DNA of 10,413 nucleotides from Candidatus Cloacimonadota bacterium (GTDB taxonomy: Bacteria > Cloacimonadota > Cloacimonadia > Cloacimonadales > WRIO01): NCBI GenBank assembly GCA_029564175.1, contig JAKQQL010000424.1:1-10413 (forward strand). Reading direction: 5' to 3'. Each line of letters starts with the position of its first letter. Position 1 is the stretch's first letter. The notes beneath the pieces are model-generated. The model made no database searches, was not told the DNA's origin, and worked only from the letters and a program-made list of their open reading frames with translations. A program made the translations under genes and the position numbers. Shown here piece by piece: positions 7,112 through 10,413 of this stretch.

Positions 7112-7178
7112 GCTCTGATAGCATCCTGTTTTCTGTAACTTGTAACTATGACGAAAGAAAGCAGGATGCTTATCCTAT
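7112..7178. repeat. REP-like inverted pair C, forming a long hairpin just after oadA
   Basis: About 7112-7134 (+) ..GATAGC-ATCCT-GTTTTCT (degenerate) and 7156-7178 (-) ATAG-GATAAGC-ATCCT-GCTTTCT. AGCATCCTG/CAGGATGCT are perfectly complementary. The spacer region holds a TGTAACT tandem duplication (7134-7147). Confidence 0.65.
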
Positions 7179-7358
7179 CCTTATACACTTAAAAAAAAGA
7201 GTGTTTCCGATTACCGAATCTTCTTTCAAAGCTTATTTTCTGAAATCAGTTTTACTTTCAAATGAGTTTTGCGTTTCATATCCATATACTTAACTTCTTT
7301 TTTAAGATATAATTATAACAAGTAGGCTTTAATTTTAAAAGAAATCATATCTTTTTCC

Positions 7359-7386
7359 TTGACAAAAAAACCAGACCTTATATTTT
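7359..7386 (+). promoter_or_regulatory. Putative sigma-70 promoter for tRNA-Arg
   Basis: Perfect TTGACA (7359-7364), 16-nt spacer, TATTTT (7381-7386), about 20 nt upstream of the tRNA. Confidence 0.55.
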
Positions 7387-7405
7387 GAACTTATAAGTTG
7401 TGAAT

Positions 7406-7482
7406 GCGCCCGTAGCTCAATTGGATAGAGCATCTGACTACGGATCAGAAGGTTTGGGGTTCGAATCCCTACGGGCGTGCCA
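7406..7482 (+). tRNA. tRNA-Arg (anticodon ACG), CCA encoded
   Basis: Acceptor GCGCCCG/CGGGCGT, D-arm GCTC-AATTGGATA-GAGC, anticodon arm TCTGA-CTACGGA-TCAGA, T-arm TGGGG-TTCGAAT-CCCTA, discriminator G, then CCA. 77 nt. Confidence 0.97.
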
Positions 7483-7494
7483 TTTAAACAGAAC

Positions 7495-7537
7495 ACCTGT
7501 TTTAAAGCCGATTAATCAGTTTTAAAACAGGTTTTTT
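7495..7537 (+). terminator. Intrinsic terminator downstream of tRNA-Arg
   Basis: Long hairpin ACCTGTTTTAAAGCCGAT-TA-ATCAGTTTTAAAACAGGT followed by a T-tract. Confidence 0.75.
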
Positions 7538-7572
7538 GATTTTAAACAAAGAACTGAAATAGCAATCAAATT

Positions 7573-7610
7573 AAAAAAAATTAAAGGAGAACCTTTCAGC
7601 TCTCCTTTTA
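7573..7610 (-). terminator. Intrinsic terminator of the secreted-protein gene (possibly bidirectional)
   Basis: Stem AAAGGAGA (7583-7590) / TCTCCTTT (7601-7608). The A8 run at 7573-7580 gives a U-tract on the minus strand. Lies about 20 nt after the stop at 7631. Confidence 0.65.
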
Positions 7611-7630
7611 CATTTTCTGATGAGACAGAA

Positions 7631-8551
7631 TTACTTCATCATGATCATTTTCTTCATTGAAGATTGAGATCCAGAAGTCAGTTTGTAGAAATATACGCCA
7701 GAACCGGCTTTTTTGCCCTGTTCATCAGTACCATTCCATACGTATTGATGTTTACCGGAATTTAGGTTGGTGTTGCAAAGTGTTTTGACCTTTTGCCCTT
7801 TAAGATTGTAGATTTCCAAGCGGGTCTGAGCACTTTGAGTTAAAGAGAAGCTGATGGTAGTGGAAGGATTAAAAGGATTTGGATAATTTGCATTTAATAC
7901 GAATGAGGCAGGTGTTGGCGTAATATCAACTGATGTAGGACCAGAGGTTCCTTCAATTTTCATCATGGAGTCTGTAACAATCCAGAAAGCTAATCCAACC
8001 CAATTATTTTGTATCATATCCCAGCATTTTGGTGTATCACCATGTTCTGTTCTGGATCCCCATGCCATCCAACAGTTCATGTAAGAATCTGAAATTGGAG
8101 ATAATCCAATCCAGTATTCTCCGGCACTAAGGCTCACATTTAAACTATCTGCATAAATTCTGACAGCATCTCTTGTCTCTCCGTTATCCTGATCAGTTAA
8201 AACAATACTTTCTGATGAAACAGAAACGGCAGTAGCATATAACATTGGATTAATATTCCCTAATGATTTTGAAAATACAACTAAAAATGCGGAATCTGCA
8301 ACAGGAGATCCCATAGGACTGAAATAATTTGATATGTTTTTGATTATCCATCCGTTTTCAGATACAACAATGTCGTCAACCACAACAAGCCCGTCGTTTA
8401 ATGATGGCCAGGAAGTAGCGTTTAAAGCTCCTGTTGAGCTGTTTAAACTGGTGGCTTCATAAAGAACATCAGCGAAGAGACCTGATATACATACAATTAG
8501 TAATGCAATTACACTGGTTAACCTGATTAAAGCTGGTTTCATTTTCATCAT
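7631..8551 (-). CDS. Secreted protein with a C-terminal FlgD-Ig / T9SS type A sorting-like domain; passenger domain of unknown function
   Basis: Signal peptide (..VIALLIVCISGLFA/D). The C-terminal NYPNPFNPSTTISF...IYNLKGQKVKTL...WNGTDEQGKKAGSGVYFYKL...KKMIMMK is the classic secretion CTD. RBS AAGGAG. Confidence 0.88.
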   Translation of the reverse strand: MMKMKPALIRLTSVIALLIVCISGLFADVLYEATSLNSSTGALNATSWPSLNDGLVVVDDIVVSENGWIIKNISNYFSPMGSPVADSAFLVVFSKSLGNINPMLYATAVSVSSESIVLTDQDNGETRDAVRIYADSLNVSLSAGEYWIGLSPISDSYMNCWMAWGSRTEHGDTPKCWDMIQNNWVGLAFWIVTDSMMKIEGTSGPTSVDITPTPASFVLNANYPNPFNPSTTISFSLTQSAQTRLEIYNLKGQKVKTLCNTNLNSGKHQYVWNGTDEQGKKAGSGVYFYKLTSGSQSSMKKMIMMK

Positions 8552-8604
8552 TCACTCCTTTTTTAAAATACGATTTATTATGTATTTTGATTTACTTTAA
8601 GTGT

Positions 8605-8633
8605 ATCATAAAAAAGAGAGTTTATTATGTCAA
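8605..8633 (-). promoter_or_regulatory. Near-consensus sigma-70 promoter for the secreted-protein gene
   Basis: On the minus strand: TTGACA (8633-8628), 17-nt spacer, TATGAT (8610-8605). Confidence 0.8.
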
Positions 8634-8694
8634 GAGAAAAAACTCCCCTTGTAGCCGTACAAACATATATTACTGATATTCATACAGATAATAA

Positions 8695-8727
8695 CTGTTA
8701 ATTGATCCTTTCAGATCGACTTAACAG
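8695..8727 (-). terminator. Possible terminator hairpin after the TrmB-family gene
   Basis: Imperfect stem CTGTTAATTGATC-CTTTCA-GATCGACTTAACAG, about 20 nt after the stop. The U-tract is weak. Confidence 0.4.
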
Positions 8728-8746
8728 AATAAATTTAACTGATGAT

Positions 8747-9544
8747 TTAGTCATCCAGGTTTATTTGCTCCCAAGGTATTGCTTTTTGCCATCTGGCTTC
8801 AAATATCTCTTTCATAAAAGCAGCAATAATAGGCTCATTGAAGAACAGAGTATTCATTTTACCGGGAGAGGGATCATTCTGACTGAATCCAAGTGCACAT
8901 ATCTGATTGTCAATGACCAATAGTTTGAGAGGTAATTCCTCAAGAACTCTGAGCTCATCCTTTGGTCCCATATTCTTAATTAAATCTTTGATAGCTGTTT
9001 TTGTCTTTAAATCGCCATTATATTCGAAGATTGTTCGTATCTTGACATCATCCGGAATTGTATTATTACTGCTGGAAACCTGAGGTTGTTTAAAAAAAAT
9101 TAAAATTTCTCTTTCTGCTTTACCCCAGTAGTAATTAATTCTTTCTCCGATGCTGACCGGATCAGATAAATGTTCCAACTGATAATAAGGTGACTGATCT
9201 AAGGCTGACTGATTATATATTTCCTGAACCATTTCAGAGAGGGATTCATTCTCAGCTTTATACTGTTCAAATTCCTTCTCCTTTTCTTTTATCATCTCAT
9301 GAAAAGTTGATTTTGGGTCTAAGACTTTATATACTTTTTTATTACCTGCCAAGTCTTCTGTAATCATCCCTTTTGATATCAGTGTGGAAAGGATTTCATA
9401 AATCCTCGGACGGGTCATACCAACCATACTGTGAATTTGCGGAGGGGTTAGATTAGGGTTCATCAACAGAATAGAATACACTTTTGCTTCTCTTTCGGTA
9501 AAACCGTTCTTCTTCAACATTTCAATAATTGTATTGATATTCAT
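8747..9544 (-). CDS. TrmB-family transcriptional regulator (N-terminal winged HTH, coiled coil, PLD-like C-terminal domain)
   Basis: GFTEREAKVYSILL...GMTRPRIYEILSTLISKGMI is the TrmB HTH signature. The C-terminal AEREILI...PLKLLVIDNQ...FEARWQKA is PLD-fold-like. RBS AGGAG. Confidence 0.88.
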   Translation of the reverse strand: MNINTIIEMLKKNGFTEREAKVYSILLMNPNLTPPQIHSMVGMTRPRIYEILSTLISKGMITEDLAGNKKVYKVLDPKSTFHEMIKEKEKEFEQYKAENESLSEMVQEIYNQSALDQSPYYQLEHLSDPVSIGERINYYWGKAEREILIFFKQPQVSSSNNTIPDDVKIRTIFEYNGDLKTKTAIKDLIKNMGPKDELRVLEELPLKLLVIDNQICALGFSQNDPSPGKMNTLFFNEPIIAAFMKEIFEARWQKAIPWEQINLDD

Positions 9545-9629
9545 TTATACTCCTAAATTGGATAATCTTTCTTTTTAAGAAACTTCTCATACGTTTTTCT
9601 TTCATATATCAGCATACAAGCACTTAAAA

Positions 9630-10413
9630 CTAGTCAATCTCGTTCATATACAAGGTTTTTCGTGATATTCTCAGGTATTCTGCTGTTTTGGTTTTATTGC
9701 CTTCAAATCGTTTGAGGATCTTTCTCATAATCATTTTTTGCAGCTCTTTAATATCAATTCCATCATCCGGCAACTCGATATTTAAGAATGCAGGATCTTC
9801 AATCACATGATCTTTCTGTTCCGGGTTTAAAAAAGACAAATGTGCTTTTCGGATAACAAGATCATCATTTAAAATAATGATTCTCTCAATCGTATTCTGA
9901 AGTTCCCTTATGTTTCCTGGCCAATCGTATGTCTCAATAAAAGAAATCACTTCATTATCTATAAACTGAAATTTCTTTTTCTTTTCCTCAGAGAATTTGA
10001 GCATAAACATCTGAGCCAAAGGCGCAATCTCTTCTTTTCTCTCCCTTAATGGCGGGATAAACATACGACCGGTTGTTAACCGGTAAAATAAATCTGGTCT
10101 GAACCGTTTATTCTCCATCTCAACCTTCAAATCGCGATTAGTCGCACAGATAATCCTGACATCCAGCTTGATGCTTTTTTGTCCTCCAACCCGGTAGTAC
10201 TCTTTTTGCTGAATGACACGAAGCAGTTTAGACTGCAATTCTATTGGCATCTCCCCAATCTCATCCAGAAAGATGGTTCCTCCCTGAGCCAGTTCCAGTT
10301 TTCCTACCATTCCGCCCTGTTTTGCACCGGTAAAAGCACCTTCTTCGTAACCAAAGAGTTCACTTTCAAAAAGACTCGGTGAGATTGCAGAGCAATTAAT
10401 ACTGATAAATGGT
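9630..10413 (-). CDS. Sigma-54-dependent transcriptional activator (NtrC/Fis family AAA+), 5' end outside the window
   Basis: The frame is open beyond the ORF-track start (10310) to the window edge: [31 protein letters not shown]. Then [12 protein letters not shown] (Walker B), [29 protein letters not shown] and a C-terminal Fis-type HTH ([18 protein letters not shown]). Confidence 0.95.
   Translation of the reverse strand, partial: PFISINCSAISPSLFESELFGYEEGAFTGAKQGGMVGKLELAQGGTIFLDEIGEMPIELQSKLLRVIQQKEYYRVGGQKSIKLDVRIICATNRDLKVEMENKRFRPDLFYRLTTGRMFIPPLRERKEEIAPLAQMFMLKFSEEKKKKFQFIDNEVISFIETYDWPGNIRELQNTIERIIILNDDLVIRKAHLSFLNPEQKDHVIEDPAFLNIELPDDGIDIKELQKMIMRKILKRFEGNKTKTAEYLRISRKTLYMNEID

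Noticed and set aside
991..7178. Palindromic repeats as a CRISPR array or IS terminal repeats
   Set aside because: The units are dispersed, degenerate and in inverted pairs, with no regular spacers, cas genes, transposase or clear target-site duplications.
5838..7188. Minus-strand ORFs 5838-6062, 6316-6534 and 6946-7188
   Set aside because: Antisense shadows of oadA.
8552..9629. Sigma-54 (-24/-12) promoter near the enhancer-binding protein gene
   Set aside because: No TGGCAC-N5-TTGC-like match seen in the intergenic segments 8552-8746 or 9545-9629.
8702..10382. Plus-strand ORFs 8702-8923 and 10179-10382
   Set aside because: Antisense to the TrmB-family and sigma-54 activator genes, with no independent support.
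7406..10413. Possible genomic island integrated at tRNA-Arg
   Set aside because: No integrase and no duplicated tRNA 3' end seen within the window. The tRNA has an intact terminator, and no compositional shift is obvious by eye.

Overview
AT-rich bacterial chromosomal window, probably FCB-superphylum. The FlgD-Ig/T9SS-type C-terminal domain suggests Cloacimonadota, which is an inference. Contents in order: a minus-strand run of malic enzyme, SprT-like HExxH protein and low-specificity threonine aldolase (truncated at the left edge, absent from the ORF track); a divergent TerB-like gene; an orphan family-3 solute-binding protein; an oadG-like membrane peptide plus a biotin-dependent oxaloacetate decarboxylase alpha/pyruvate carboxylase B gene with no adjacent beta subunit; tRNA-Arg(ACG); a secreted protein with a T9SS/FlgD-type C-terminal domain; a TrmB-family regulator; and the 3' part of a sigma-54 enhancer-binding protein (truncated at the right edge). 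The most notable unannotated signal is a family of degenerate 23-nt palindromes (GTA[G/A]-7 bp stem-5 nt loop-7 bp stem). They occur as inverted pairs in three intergenic regions and resemble REP/REPIN elements. No CRISPR array, transposase or integrase is visible, and I cannot support a wholly new system from this window alone.
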